Below, piece after piece: positions 22,538-32,308 of a DNA stretch of 64,000 nt (the first letter of the stretch is position 1; each line of letters begins with the position of its first letter). Below the pieces are notes generated by a model, which made no database searches, was not told the origin of the DNA, and saw only the letters and a program-made list of their open reading frames with translations. The translations under genes and the position numbers were made by a program. The stretch comes from Pseudolabrys sp. (GTDB lineage: Bacteria; Pseudomonadota; Alphaproteobacteria; Rhizobiales; Xanthobacteraceae): positions 7,510-71,509 of the forward strand of contig DASRGR010000028.1 of NCBI GenBank assembly GCA_035650955.1, in the 5' to 3' direction.

Positions 22538-22780
22538 TCATGGACGCCTGATAGCCCGCCATATCAGCAGAAATACGATGGCACCGATGGTGGCACTGAT
22601 GAGTTCTCCAAGAAATCCAGGCTTAACAGCAAGCCCCAGCTGAGCAAACAGAACTCCTCCTACAATCGCTCCGACGAGCCCGACAGCAAGGTTGTGCAGC
22701 AATCCGCCGCGCCCGCCCAGAATTCGCGTTGCAAGCCAGCCCGCAATGAGACCAATCACAATCCATGCAAGAATGCCCAT
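22538..22780 (-). CDS. GlsB/YeaQ/YmgE-family small membrane protein
   Basis: MGILAWIVIGLIAGWLA...VGLVGAIVGG...ATIGAIVFL. Confidence 0.85.
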   Translation of the reverse strand: MGILAWIVIGLIAGWLATRILGGRGGLLHNLAVGLVGAIVGGVLFAQLGLAVKPGFLGELISATIGAIVFLLIWRAIRRP

Positions 22781-22884
22781 GACGTCCCCGAATTCTGGAT
22801 GCAGCAACGCCGGTTAATCTATACAACTGTCCGACAATTGCGAACGGTCCCCACTCTGCGGCCGCTCCGGCTTTCGGGAATGCA

Positions 22885-25167
22885 ATGGCCATAACGTCAC
22901 CCAAGGTCCGGATGCACGCGCTTACCCTCGGCATTTACACAGCCGCCGTCTTTTTGAGCGCGCTGCTTCTTTTTGCCGTGCAGCCGATGTTCACGCGAAT
23001 GGTTCTGCCGCGTCTTGGCGGCTCCCCGTCCGTTTGGTCGGTGGCGATGGTCTTTTTCCAGGCGATGTTGCTTGCCGGCTATGCCTATGCGCACGCGCTG
23101 ACGACGCTGCGGACTCGTTACGCCCCCGTCGTCATCCATCTCGCGCTTCTGATCCTTGCCGGGTTTACGCTTCCACTCGGAATCGCGCAGGGTTTCGGAT
23201 CTCCGCCTGCAGGTAACCTTGCCGCGCTGTGGCTGCTGGGCCTCTTTGCTGTCTCGATCGGCCTGCCGTTCCTTGCGCTGTCCGCCAGCAATCCACTGCT
23301 GCAGACCTGGTTCGTATGTACCGGTCATCGCGAGGCGCATGACCCCTATTTTCTCTACGCGGCATCAAACGTCGGCAGCTTTCTGGCGCTGCTTGCTTAT
23401 CCGGCGCTGTTCGAGCCGGCGTTTTCGCTGCAGTCGCAGAACCGGCTGTGGAGTTTCGGCTTCGCCGTACTCATCGTGTTGTTCGCGGCCTGTGCGGTTC
23501 TGATGTTGCGGGCAGCGCGCAGACCGGCACCGCATAAAAAGCAAAAGTCCGCACCGGCGCTGAAGTGGATGATAGTCGGTCGCTGGATATTCATATCGGC
23601 AGTTCCGTCCGGCCTGCTCGTTGCCGTGACCGCACATATTTCGACGGATGTTGCCGCAGCGCCGCTGCTCTGGGTCATTCCGCTGTCATTGTATTTGCTG
23701 ACCTGGGTGCTCGTCTTTCAGCGCCGCTCGTTGATTCCCCACCGGATTGCACTTTTGCTGCAGCCCTTCGCGATCGGCGCGATCGTGGTGCTGCTCTTTT
23801 ACAGCACGTGGGTTCCTCTGTTCCTGAATCTCGGGGGACACCTGCTGGCATTCTTTGTGATCTGCCTTGCGTGCCATGGTGAACTTGCCCGAACGCGGCC
23901 GCCCGCACGACGGCTCACTACTTTCTATCTCTCCCTGTCGTTCGGCGGGATGATCGGAGGACTTTTCGCGGGACTGGTGGCTCCGTACATTTTTTCATGG
24001 GTGGCCGAATATCCGATCCTTGCCGTGCTCGCCGCGCTCTGCCGCCCCTTCAAGCAGAACATATGGAAGCCTTACGAGCGCTGGCTCAGGCCGCTGTCAC
24101 CGGCGCGCTGGCCGCAGCTCGCTACCTGGTTCTGGCCTGCCGCCGTCGCGATTGCAATCCTGGTCTTGGTCCCGGCGTTTGGCGGGGCGGCGGATGACGA
24201 TGAAATATTCCTGACAACCGCCGTCATAGCCCTGGTTGCAATTTCGGTCGTGGCGTTTCGTGATCCGCCCAAGTCGGCGTTTGCCGTTGCGATCGCGCTG
24301 GCTGCGATCCGACTCTATCCGAGCGGTGAATACCACATCGAGACCATGCGCAGCTTCTTCGGCGTACACAAGATCTACGAAACCGACGACGGCCGATTCC
24401 GCATCCTCAAGCACGGGTCGACAATTCACGGCGCGCAGATGATCGCCGATCAAGACGGGAAGCCGGTTGCAGGACATCCGGTGTCAATCACCTACTATCA
24501 CGACAAGTCGGCGATGAACCAGGTCATCCAGGCGGTGCGCGCGCGAAAGGCAGCGCCGCTGCGTACCGCCGTCATTGGCCTCGGCGCCGGATCGCTCGCA
24601 TGCCGCATTGCGCCGGCCGAGACCTGGCATTTTTTCGAAATCGACCCGGTCGTGGTCGAGATCGCCCGCGACCCCAGGCGCTTTTCCTATCTGTCCTCAT
24701 GCGCCCCGCAGCTTCCCGTCGTTCTCGGCGACGCGCGGCTGACACTCGCGCACGAGCCCGACCGCAGTTACGACCTGATCATCGTTGATGCCTATTCATC
24801 TGATGCGATCCCGGTGCATCTGGCAACAACGGAGGCGATGGCTCTCTATAGGTCCAAGCTGGCTCCGCACGGAGTCGTGCTGATGCACATCTCAAACAGG
24901 TACCTTGAGCTCAAGACTGTTGTTGCCGGTATCGCTGCGGCCAACGGGCTCAAGACCTGGCTCTGGGACAATCCCGACGAACAATCGGATGACGAGAATT
25001 ACGTCTTCACGTCCGATGTCGCGATCGCAGCCGAGGACGCTGACGACATCGGCGAACTGAAATGGAACCGGTTCTGGGCGCTCACGCCGCCGGACCCCGC
25101 GGTACGCACGTGGACCGACGACTATTCCAATGTCGCGGGCGCACTGTGGCGCAGATATACCAAATAG
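22885..25167 (+). CDS. Polytopic membrane domain fused to a spermidine-synthase-like SAM-dependent domain
   Basis: Many TM helices, then HGSTIHGAQ, VIGLGAGSL, FEIDPVVV, GDAR, DLIIVDAYSSDAIPVHL. Confidence 0.85.
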   Translation: MAITSPKVRMHALTLGIYTAAVFLSALLLFAVQPMFTRMVLPRLGGSPSVWSVAMVFFQAMLLAGYAYAHALTTLRTRYAPVVIHLALLILAGFTLPLGIAQGFGSPPAGNLAALWLLGLFAVSIGLPFLALSASNPLLQTWFVCTGHREAHDPYFLYAASNVGSFLALLAYPALFEPAFSLQSQNRLWSFGFAVLIVLFAACAVLMLRAARRPAPHKKQKSAPALKWMIVGRWIFISAVPSGLLVAVTAHISTDVAAAPLLWVIPLSLYLLTWVLVFQRRSLIPHRIALLLQPFAIGAIVVLLFYSTWVPLFLNLGGHLLAFFVICLACHGELARTRPPARRLTTFYLSLSFGGMIGGLFAGLVAPYIFSWVAEYPILAVLAALCRPFKQNIWKPYERWLRPLSPARWPQLATWFWPAAVAIAILVLVPAFGGAADDDEIFLTTAVIALVAISVVAFRDPPKSAFAVAIALAAIRLYPSGEYHIETMRSFFGVHKIYETDDGRFRILKHGSTIHGAQMIADQDGKPVAGHPVSITYYHDKSAMNQVIQAVRARKAAPLRTAVIGLGAGSLACRIAPAETWHFFEIDPVVVEIARDPRRFSYLSSCAPQLPVVLGDARLTLAHEPDRSYDLIIVDAYSSDAIPVHLATTEAMALYRSKLAPHGVVLMHISNRYLELKTVVAGIAAANGLKTWLWDNPDEQSDDENYVFTSDVAIAAEDADDIGELKWNRFWALTPPDPAVRTWTDDYSNVAGALWRRYTK

Positions 25168-25176
25168 GCGAGCGCG

Positions 25177-26595
25177 TTAGACGTTGAGCACGCGCCCGTA
25201 CGCATCCAGCACCGCTTCCTTCATCATCTCGGACAGGGTCGGGTGCGGGAACACAGTGTGAATTAATTCTTCCTCGGTCGTCTCGAGGTTCATGGCAACG
25301 ACATATCCCTGGATAAGCTCGGTCACTTCCGCGCCGATCATGTGCGCACCGAGCAACTGCCCGGTCTTCCTGTCAAAGATGACCTTCACGAGGCCCTGGT
25401 CCTCGCCGAGCGCAATCGCCTTGCCGTTGCCTATGAAGGGAAAGCGACCGACCCGGATGTCCAGTTTTCTCTCTTTCGCTGCCTGTTCGGTGAGGCCCAC
25501 CGACGCGATCTGCGGCGAGCAATAGGTGCAGCCCGGAATCAACGATTTGTTCATCGGATGCGGATTGAGGCCCTTGATCGCCTCGATGCAGACGACGCCC
25601 TCATGCTCCGCCTTGTGGGCAAGCATCGGCGGGCCGGCGACGTCCCCGATCGCATAGATCCCCTGCACGCTTGTCCTGCTGAACTTGTCGACGACGATGA
25701 TGCCGCGGTCGGTCTTCACGCCGATGTTTTCGAGGCCCAGGTTTTCGATATTGCCGACGACGCCGACTGCCGAGATCACGCGTTCGACGGTGATTGACTG
25801 GGTCTTTCCGCCCTCCTCAATCGTGGCCGTGACGCTGTCGCTCTTTTTTTCGAGTCGCGTGACTTTCGCGTTCGTATGGATCCTGATTCCCTGCTTCTCA
25901 AAGCTCTTGCGGGCGAACGCCTGGATCTCGTGGTCCTCGACGGGCAGGATCTGGGGCAGGACCTCGACGACGGTAACTTCGGCGCCGAGCGTTCGATAGA
26001 ACGACGCGAATTCAATACCGATAGCTCCCGATCCGATCACGAGCAGGGATTTCGGAATCCGGTCCGGCGCCATGGCTTCAAAGTAGGTCCAGACCAGTTT
26101 CTTGTCCGGCTCGATGCCCGGGAGCACCCGCGGCCGCGCGCCGGTCGCGATGATGACGTGCTTGGCCTGATAGCTCCCGGCGCTGAACGCACCTTTCGGC
26201 GGTTCGCTTTTCGATGCCTTTACGGTCACCTTGCCGGGCGCCTCGATCGAAGCCTCGCCCCAGATGACCGCCACCTTGTTTTTCTTCATGAGGAAGCCGA
26301 CGCCGTCGTTGAGCCGCTTCGATACCGCGCGCGAACGGGCAATCACGGCCTTGGCGTCGTAGCCGATATTGTCGGCTTTCAGGCCGTAATCTCTGGCGTG
26401 CTGGAAATAGTGGAAGACTTCAGCCGAGCGCAGCAGCGCCTTGGTCGGGATGCAGCCCCAGTTGAGGCAGATGCCGCCGAGGTAATCGCGCTCCACGATT
26501 GCAGTCTTGAAGCCGAGTTGTGCGGACCGGATCGCGGTGACATAGCCGCCGGGGCCGGAGCCGATGATGAGAACATCGAAATTCGTGTCAGCCAT
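25177..26595 (-). CDS. lpdA: Dihydrolipoamide dehydrogenase (E3)
   Basis: IGSGPGGY, GGICLNWGCIPTK, LAHKAEHEG, HPTLSE. Confidence 0.97.
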   Translation of the reverse strand: MADTNFDVLIIGSGPGGYVTAIRSAQLGFKTAIVERDYLGGICLNWGCIPTKALLRSAEVFHYFQHARDYGLKADNIGYDAKAVIARSRAVSKRLNDGVGFLMKKNKVAVIWGEASIEAPGKVTVKASKSEPPKGAFSAGSYQAKHVIIATGARPRVLPGIEPDKKLVWTYFEAMAPDRIPKSLLVIGSGAIGIEFASFYRTLGAEVTVVEVLPQILPVEDHEIQAFARKSFEKQGIRIHTNAKVTRLEKKSDSVTATIEEGGKTQSITVERVISAVGVVGNIENLGLENIGVKTDRGIIVVDKFSRTSVQGIYAIGDVAGPPMLAHKAEHEGVVCIEAIKGLNPHPMNKSLIPGCTYCSPQIASVGLTEQAAKERKLDIRVGRFPFIGNGKAIALGEDQGLVKVIFDRKTGQLLGAHMIGAEVTELIQGYVVAMNLETTEEELIHTVFPHPTLSEMMKEAVLDAYGRVLNV

Positions 26596-26679
26596 TCACC
26601 TGCGACCTCCGCACCAACCCCGATTGAACTTCGCCCAGATTAGGCATGTAATGACCGCCGTAACACAGGGGGAGACGTC

Positions 26680-27465
26680 ATGCGCAGGATCATGGGCCGC
26701 ATTGCGGCTATCGCAGTATTTATCTTGATGCAAGCGGGCCTGGCGTCTGCAGCCGAGATCAAGGTCTTCAGCACGATCGGTGTACAATCCGCCCTCGAAG
26801 AACTGGCTCCGAAGTTCGAGAGAGCGACGGGTCACAAATTGAACATCACCTGGGCTACCGCCGCAATTCTGGTCAAGCGCGTGCAGGCGGGCGAAAGCGC
26901 CGATCTCTACATCCTGACCAAACAAAGCCTCGATGCGCTAACCAAGGATGGCAGTGCTACAGCAGGCTCGGATGCGACCTTTGCCAGCTCGGGTATGGCC
27001 GTCGTGGTCAAAAAGGGTGCGGCCAAGCCGGATATTTCCACGCCGGAGGCATTCAAGACGGCATTGCTGAACGCCAAGGCAATCGCCTATTCAAATCCCG
27101 CCGCTGGCGGCGCCAGCGGCGTCTATCTCGCCAAGCTGATCGAGCGCATGGGCATTGCCGAGCAGATGAAATCGAAGACCAGACATCCGCCGCCCAGCGG
27201 CAACTCGGCCCTTCTTGTGGTCAGCGGCGAAGCCGAGCTTGCGATCCAGCAGGAACCCGAAGTGACTTCGGTCGCAGGCGTTGACCTTGTCGGACCCCTG
27301 CCGGCCGGGCTCAACAACATCACCAGCTACGCCGCAGGTCTGGGCAAAGATGCCAAGGAGGTTACGGGCACAGCTGCGCTGATCAGGTATCTTCACACAC
27401 CCGAAGCGGGCGCCGTTTTTAAAGCCAAAGGATTGACTCCGGTGGCGTCACCGAAAGCATCCTGA
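26680..27465 (+). CDS. Orphan ModA-like substrate-binding-fold protein
   Basis: Signal peptide ending ASA-AEIK; SGMAVVVKKG, IAYSNPAAGGASG, GEAELAIQQ, VDLVGPLP. Confidence 0.8.
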   Translation: MRRIMGRIAAIAVFILMQAGLASAAEIKVFSTIGVQSALEELAPKFERATGHKLNITWATAAILVKRVQAGESADLYILTKQSLDALTKDGSATAGSDATFASSGMAVVVKKGAAKPDISTPEAFKTALLNAKAIAYSNPAAGGASGVYLAKLIERMGIAEQMKSKTRHPPPSGNSALLVVSGEAELAIQQEPEVTSVAGVDLVGPLPAGLNNITSYAAGLGKDAKEVTGTAALIRYLHTPEAGAVFKAKGLTPVASPKAS

Positions 27466-27470
27466 CCGGA

Positions 27471-28853
27471 CTACACCACCATCATCACCGGATTTTCGAT
27501 CAGCGTTTTGAACACCCCGATCAGTTCCGCGCCGAGCGCCCCGTCGACGGCGCGGTGATCGCACGAAAGCGTCACACTCATCATGTGCGCTGCCCCGATC
27601 TTGCCGCCGCGCGCGACGGCCCGCTCCTCCGCGGCTCCAACCGCCAGAATGGTCGATTGCGGCGGATTGATCACCGCCGTGAAATCCTTGATCCCGTACA
27701 TACCGAGGTTGGACACCGACGATGTCCCGCCCTGATATTCGTGCGGCTTGAGCTTGCGGCCGCGGGCACGCGCCGCAAGGTCGCGCATCTCGCTGGAAAT
27801 CGCCGAAAGCGACTTGCTTTCCGCGCTGCGGACAATCGGCGTGATCAGCCCGCCCGGCAATGCCACCGCGACTCCGATGTCCGAATGCTTGTGCTTGAGC
27901 ATGCCCCCCTCGGTCCAGCTCACGTTAGCGTCCGGGATGCGTTGGAGCGCCAGCGCCAGCGCTTTGATCACGAAATCATTGACAGAAAGCTTGAAACGGG
28001 GACTGCCGTCTTTGTCCTTTGGCGCGCTGGCGTTGATTTCCTCACGCGCGGCCAGAAGCCTGCCGATGTCGCAGTCGACCGTCAGATAGAAATGCGGAAC
28101 AGTCTGCACCGACGCCGTAAGCCGCTGCGCGATCGTTCGGCGCATGCCGTCGTGCGGCACGAAGTCGTAGGAACCTTCTTCGTACAGCGCGCGGATCTGC
28201 TGGTCGGAGAGCGTCGGCGCGATCGCCGCCCCACCAGGTGATGCGGCGCCCGGGCGCAGGCCTTGGCCCGATTTCGCCGCATCGATGTCGCGGGCGATGA
28301 CGCGGCCGTGCGGCCCCGAGCCGGCGACGCGGCCGATGTCGATGCCGGCCTCTTTCGCCAGCCGCCGCGCCAGCGGCGAAGAGAAGATGCGATTTCCCCG
28401 CAGCACAGCAACCGCCTCACCCGCCGCCTTCGGCGGCGGCCTCTCCCCACCGGGGAGAGGTGAAGGGCTCTGAGCGCGCGGCACGGCACTGCCTGCTCCC
28501 TCTCCCTGCTGGGGAGAGGGTCGGGGCGAGGAGGTTACCGCCTCGGATTTTTTCTCGGGCGCCTTCGTAGACGCCGGCTTCGCGCTCGCAGCCGCCGCCT
28601 TGACGTCCTCGCCCTCACCGGCCAGCACCGCGATCACCGAATTGACCGCCACATCCTGCGTTCCCTCCGGCACCACGATCTTTGCGAGCGTCCCTTCGTC
28701 GACGGCCTCGTACTCCAAGGTCGCCTTGTCGGTCTCGATCTCGGCGATGACGTCACCCGACTTGATCCTGTCACCTTCCTTCTTCAGCCAACGCGCGAGG
28801 TTTCCCTTCTCCATTGTGGGTGAAAGCGCGGGCATGAGAATGTTGGTAGGCAT
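27471..28853 (-). CDS. pdhC: Pyruvate dehydrogenase E2
   Basis: Lipoyl domain [23 protein letters not shown]. Confidence 0.97.
   Translation of the reverse strand: MPTNILMPALSPTMEKGNLARWLKKEGDRIKSGDVIAEIETDKATLEYEAVDEGTLAKIVVPEGTQDVAVNSVIAVLAGEGEDVKAAAASAKPASTKAPEKKSEAVTSSPRPSPQQGEGAGSAVPRAQSPSPLPGGERPPPKAAGEAVAVLRGNRIFSSPLARRLAKEAGIDIGRVAGSGPHGRVIARDIDAAKSGQGLRPGAASPGGAAIAPTLSDQQIRALYEEGSYDFVPHDGMRRTIAQRLTASVQTVPHFYLTVDCDIGRLLAAREEINASAPKDKDGSPRFKLSVNDFVIKALALALQRIPDANVSWTEGGMLKHKHSDIGVAVALPGGLITPIVRSAESKSLSAISSEMRDLAARARGRKLKPHEYQGGTSSVSNLGMYGIKDFTAVINPPQSTILAVGAAEERAVARGGKIGAAHMMSVTLSCDHRAVDGALGAELIGVFKTLIENPVMMVV
28412..28534. repeat. Composite palindromic (REP/RPE-like) element inside the pdhC reading frame
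   Basis: Hairpins CCGCCGCC-TTC-GGCGGCGG (28421-28439), CCTCTCCCC-ACC-GGGGAGAGG (28440-28460), CCCTCTCCC-TGCTG-GGGAGAGGG (28498-28520). Confidence 0.75.
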
Positions 28854-28868
28854 CCGTCGTCCGTCGGA

Positions 28869-29312
28869 CTAGCCGACCCCTGCCTGCGCCGTTCGTTGGG
28901 CCACGCGGCTTGGCGTCCAGCCAGCGAGGCGCCGAGCTCGTCGTCCTTCGACACTCTCGTGATCATAATCGGCCGGTTCCGCCGGCCGATCGGCAAGCGC
29001 CGTGATTCCTGCGCCAACGACGTTCAGTGTCGCGCGCTCCTGCCCGTTGTTGGCGATTACCGCGGCGATATAGACCCCGCAAGTCCCGCAGATCAGGTAG
29101 TCGGCCGTGCGCATGCCGAAACGATAGCGGTGAAGCCCGCCGGTCGGGGCGTAGATCGTGAGGCGGCCGTTCGGGTCGGCAACCGCTTTGCTGTGGTGGC
29201 GGCGACAGAACGAGCAACTACAGGCGCGGAGTCGCAGGTCGTTGACCGGACTCGCGGTTTCGAAATCCACCTCGATTTGTCCGCAATGACATGCGCCGCG
29301 CAGGATCGTCAT
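28869..29312 (-). CDS. GFA/CENP-V-family Zn-binding protein
   Basis: GACHCG, CSCSFCRR, ICGTCGV. Confidence 0.85.
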   Translation of the reverse strand: MTILRGACHCGQIEVDFETASPVNDLRLRACSCSFCRRHHSKAVADPNGRLTIYAPTGGLHRYRFGMRTADYLICGTCGVYIAAVIANNGQERATLNVVGAGITALADRPAEPADYDHESVEGRRARRLAGWTPSRVAQRTAQAGVG

Positions 29313-29319
29313 CTTCACC

Positions 29320-30732
29320 TCAGCGGTAGCAAACGGCCTTTGCCGCCTCGACAACTTCGGCGACGGACGGCAGCGCCAGCTTTTCAAGATTCGCCGCGTA
29401 GGGCATGGGCACGTCTTTGCCCGATACGCGCGCAACCGGCGCATCGAGGTAGTCGAAGGCGCGCTCCATGATGCGCGCCGCGATCTCGGCGCCGACACCG
29501 TTCTGCTGCCATCCTTCCTCCACGGTCACGGCCCGGCCGGTTTTCTGCACCGATGCCACGATCGTGTCGGTGTCCATGGGCTTGAGGGTGCGCAGGTCGA
29601 TTACTTCGGCATCGATTCCGGCACCTGCCAGTTCTTCCGCAGCCTTGAGCGCGTAGGTCATGCCCATCGACCAGGAGACGATCGTCACGTCGCTGCCCGG
29701 GCGCGCGATCCTCGCCTTGCCGATCGGCAGGACGAAATCGTCAAGCTTCGGCACCGGTGAGGAGTGCCCGTAGAGAATTTCGTTTTCAAGAAAGACGACG
29801 GGGTTCGGATCGCGGATCGCCGCCTTCAGCAGCCCCTTGGCGTCGGCCGCCGTCGACGGCGCGATCACCTTCAGCCCGGGAATGTGCGAGTACCAGGCCG
29901 AGTAATCCTGGCTGTGCTGCGCCGCGACACGCGCGGCAGCGCCGTTCGGACCGCGAAACACGATCTGGCAACCCATCTGGCCGCCCGACATATAGAGCGT
30001 CTTCGCCGCAGAATTGACGAGCTGGTCCATCGCCTGCATGGCGAAGTTGAACGTCATGAATTCGACGATCGGCTTGAGGCCGCCAAGCGCGGCGCCGATC
30101 CCGAGACCGGCAAACCCATGCTCGGTGATCGGCGTGTCGATCACGCGGCGGGCGCCGAATTCCTGCAGCAACCCCTGCGTGACCTTGTAGGCACCCTGAT
30201 ATTCGGCGACTTCCTCGCCCATCACGAACACGTCCTTGTCGCGGCGCATTTCCTCCGCCATGGCGTCGCGCAGTGCCTCGCGCATGGTCATGATGACCAT
30301 TTCAGTGCCTTCGGGAATATCGGGATCGCTCGCCGCCTGAGGGGCCGGCGCTTCGGGCACCTTCATGGGCGCAGGAGCCGGCGCTTCCTGTACCCTGGCC
30401 TGGGACTTCTGCGCCTTCGCCGGCGGGGCCTGACCGGCGGCCTTGTACTGTTGCGCCGACCGGGTTGCCTTGATTGCCGTCTTGTCCTCGCCCTCACCGA
30501 GGATCACGGCAATCGGTGTATTGACCGCGACGTCGGCCGTACCCTCCGGCACCAAAATCTTACCGAGTGTGCCCTCGTCAGTCGCCTCGACCTCCATCGT
30601 CGCCTTGTCGGTTTCGATCTCGGCGATCACGTCACCGGACTTGACCTCGTCGCCCTCTTTTTTCAGCCATTTGGCCAGATTGCCCTTCTCCATCGTGGGC
30701 GAGAGCGCGGGCATGAGCACTTCGATCGGCAT
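29320..30732 (-). CDS. pdhB: Pyruvate dehydrogenase E1 beta with N-terminal lipoyl domain
   Basis: [38 protein letters not shown]. Confidence 0.97.
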   Translation of the reverse strand: MPIEVLMPALSPTMEKGNLAKWLKKEGDEVKSGDVIAEIETDKATMEVEATDEGTLGKILVPEGTADVAVNTPIAVILGEGEDKTAIKATRSAQQYKAAGQAPPAKAQKSQARVQEAPAPAPMKVPEAPAPQAASDPDIPEGTEMVIMTMREALRDAMAEEMRRDKDVFVMGEEVAEYQGAYKVTQGLLQEFGARRVIDTPITEHGFAGLGIGAALGGLKPIVEFMTFNFAMQAMDQLVNSAAKTLYMSGGQMGCQIVFRGPNGAAARVAAQHSQDYSAWYSHIPGLKVIAPSTAADAKGLLKAAIRDPNPVVFLENEILYGHSSPVPKLDDFVLPIGKARIARPGSDVTIVSWSMGMTYALKAAEELAGAGIDAEVIDLRTLKPMDTDTIVASVQKTGRAVTVEEGWQQNGVGAEIAARIMERAFDYLDAPVARVSGKDVPMPYAANLEKLALPSVAEVVEAAKAVCYR

Positions 30733-30759
30733 GGCGCTACGGTCTTCCCCGCAACAAAC

Positions 30760-31767
30760 TCAGCGGTAAACGTCGGTGTAAAGTTCGGACACGTCGGGCT
30801 CCGGATCGTGCGTGGCGAATTCCGCCGCCTGGTTGATCAGGTCACGGACTTCACTGTCGATCTTTTTCAGTGCTTCCTCGGTGGCGAATTTCCTTTCCAG
30901 GATCCGGTGGCGCGCCATGTCGATCGGATCGTGATGGCTGCGCACTTCGTCGACCTCCTCGCGCGTGCGATACTTCGCGGGATCGGACATCGAGTGTCCA
31001 CGGTACCTGTAGGTGAGCATTTCGAGTATGTAGGGGCCTTTTCCCGCTCTGCACCAGGCAGCCGCCCTCTCGCCCGCGGCTTTCACCGCGCGCACGTCCA
31101 TGCCGTCCACCTGATCGCCGGGAATGTTGAACGATAATCCGCGCCGCGACAGATTGACCTCCGCCGAGGCGCGCGTGATTGCGGTACCCATCGCGTAGCG
31201 ATTGTTTTCGATCACATAAACCACCGGCAGTTTCCACAGCTCCGCCATGTTGAAGCTTTCGTAGACCTGGCCCTGGTTGGCGGCGCCATCGCCGAAATAG
31301 GTGACGCAGATGCTGTCGTTGTTGCGGTAGCGGTTGGCAAAGGCGAGACCCGTGCCGAGCGGCACCTGTGCGCCGACGATCCCGTGACCACCGTAGAAGC
31401 CCTTCTCCACGCTGAACATGTGCATGGAGCCGCCCTTGCCCTTGGAGTAGCCGTGCGTTCGCCCGGTGAGTTCGGCCATGACCCCCTTGGGGTCCATGCC
31501 AGTCGCGATCATGTGCCCATGGTCACGGTAGCCGGTGATGACCTGATCGCCGGATTTAAGCGCCATCTGCATGCCGACGACAACCGCTTCCTGCCCGATA
31601 TAGAGATGGCAGAAGCCGCCAATCAGGCCCATGCCGTACATCTGCCCGGCCTTCTCCTCGAAGCGGCGGATAGTCAGCATGGTGCGGTAGGCGAAAAGCT
31701 CCTGCTCCTTGCTGAAATCGGCGACGGGCTTGGCGTCTGCGCTCGGGTTCTTCTGGGCGACCGCCAT
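30760..31767 (-). CDS. pdhA: Pyruvate dehydrogenase E1 alpha
   Basis: GFCHLYIGQE, GDGAANQGQ, YRGHSMSDP. Confidence 0.97.
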   Translation of the reverse strand: MAVAQKNPSADAKPVADFSKEQELFAYRTMLTIRRFEEKAGQMYGMGLIGGFCHLYIGQEAVVVGMQMALKSGDQVITGYRDHGHMIATGMDPKGVMAELTGRTHGYSKGKGGSMHMFSVEKGFYGGHGIVGAQVPLGTGLAFANRYRNNDSICVTYFGDGAANQGQVYESFNMAELWKLPVVYVIENNRYAMGTAITRASAEVNLSRRGLSFNIPGDQVDGMDVRAVKAAGERAAAWCRAGKGPYILEMLTYRYRGHSMSDPAKYRTREEVDEVRSHHDPIDMARHRILERKFATEEALKKIDSEVRDLINQAAEFATHDPEPDVSELYTDVYR

Positions 31768-31966
31768 TAGGGCTCCCTGCGAAAGCGTCCGGCAGTTGTG
31801 ACGGGGCGTCGGTAGGCTTTCCCGAACCCCAATAGCTTAAATCCCCCGGCGACGAAAGCGCGAGACTGCCGCGGGGAATTGCGCAAAACCCCCGGAAATT
31901 GGTTGAAAATTTCAAGGCGGGCGGTGGATAACGCCGCCGGGTGTCCCGCGGTTGCCGGACAGGCCG

Positions 31967-32284
31967 CTAGCGGGGATTGAGCAACAGCGTAAGGTCGCGC
32001 GGATCGGCGTAGCCGATAAGGGCGCGTGACCGCTCGTCCAGCATGTCGGGGTCGATGCGGTCGGCACGCAGAAGGGACACGCGACGCTCCCATACCGCGC
32101 GCTCCGCCTTCAACTCCGTCAGCTCGGCCTTCATCGCCGCGAGTTGTTGTTCGAGGTCCTGCTGGGCACGCAGGCCATGGTTGCCGGTGAAGGCATTGGC
32201 TGCGAAATAGCCGACGAAGAGCGCGGCAAATGTGTAGAGCCCGAGAACGGTCAGGAATGTGCGTCGGCGGCGGTGCGTGACCAT
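31967..32284 (-). CDS. ftsB: Septum formation initiator FtsB/DivIC
   Basis: One TM helix, GNHGL, coiled coil, DPDMLDERSR...GY. Confidence 0.88.
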   Translation of the reverse strand: MVTHRRRRTFLTVLGLYTFAALFVGYFAANAFTGNHGLRAQQDLEQQLAAMKAELTELKAERAVWERRVSLLRADRIDPDMLDERSRALIGYADPRDLTLLLNPR

Positions 32285-32308
32285 GGGCAGGCAAGATGAG
32301 CCAAGCCC

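Noticed and set aside
22817-22851. Possible EcfG general-stress promoter (GGACC-N18-GTT, minus strand) for the GlsB/YeaQ/YmgE gene
   Set aside because: The -35 departs from GGAAC; too weak to call by eye
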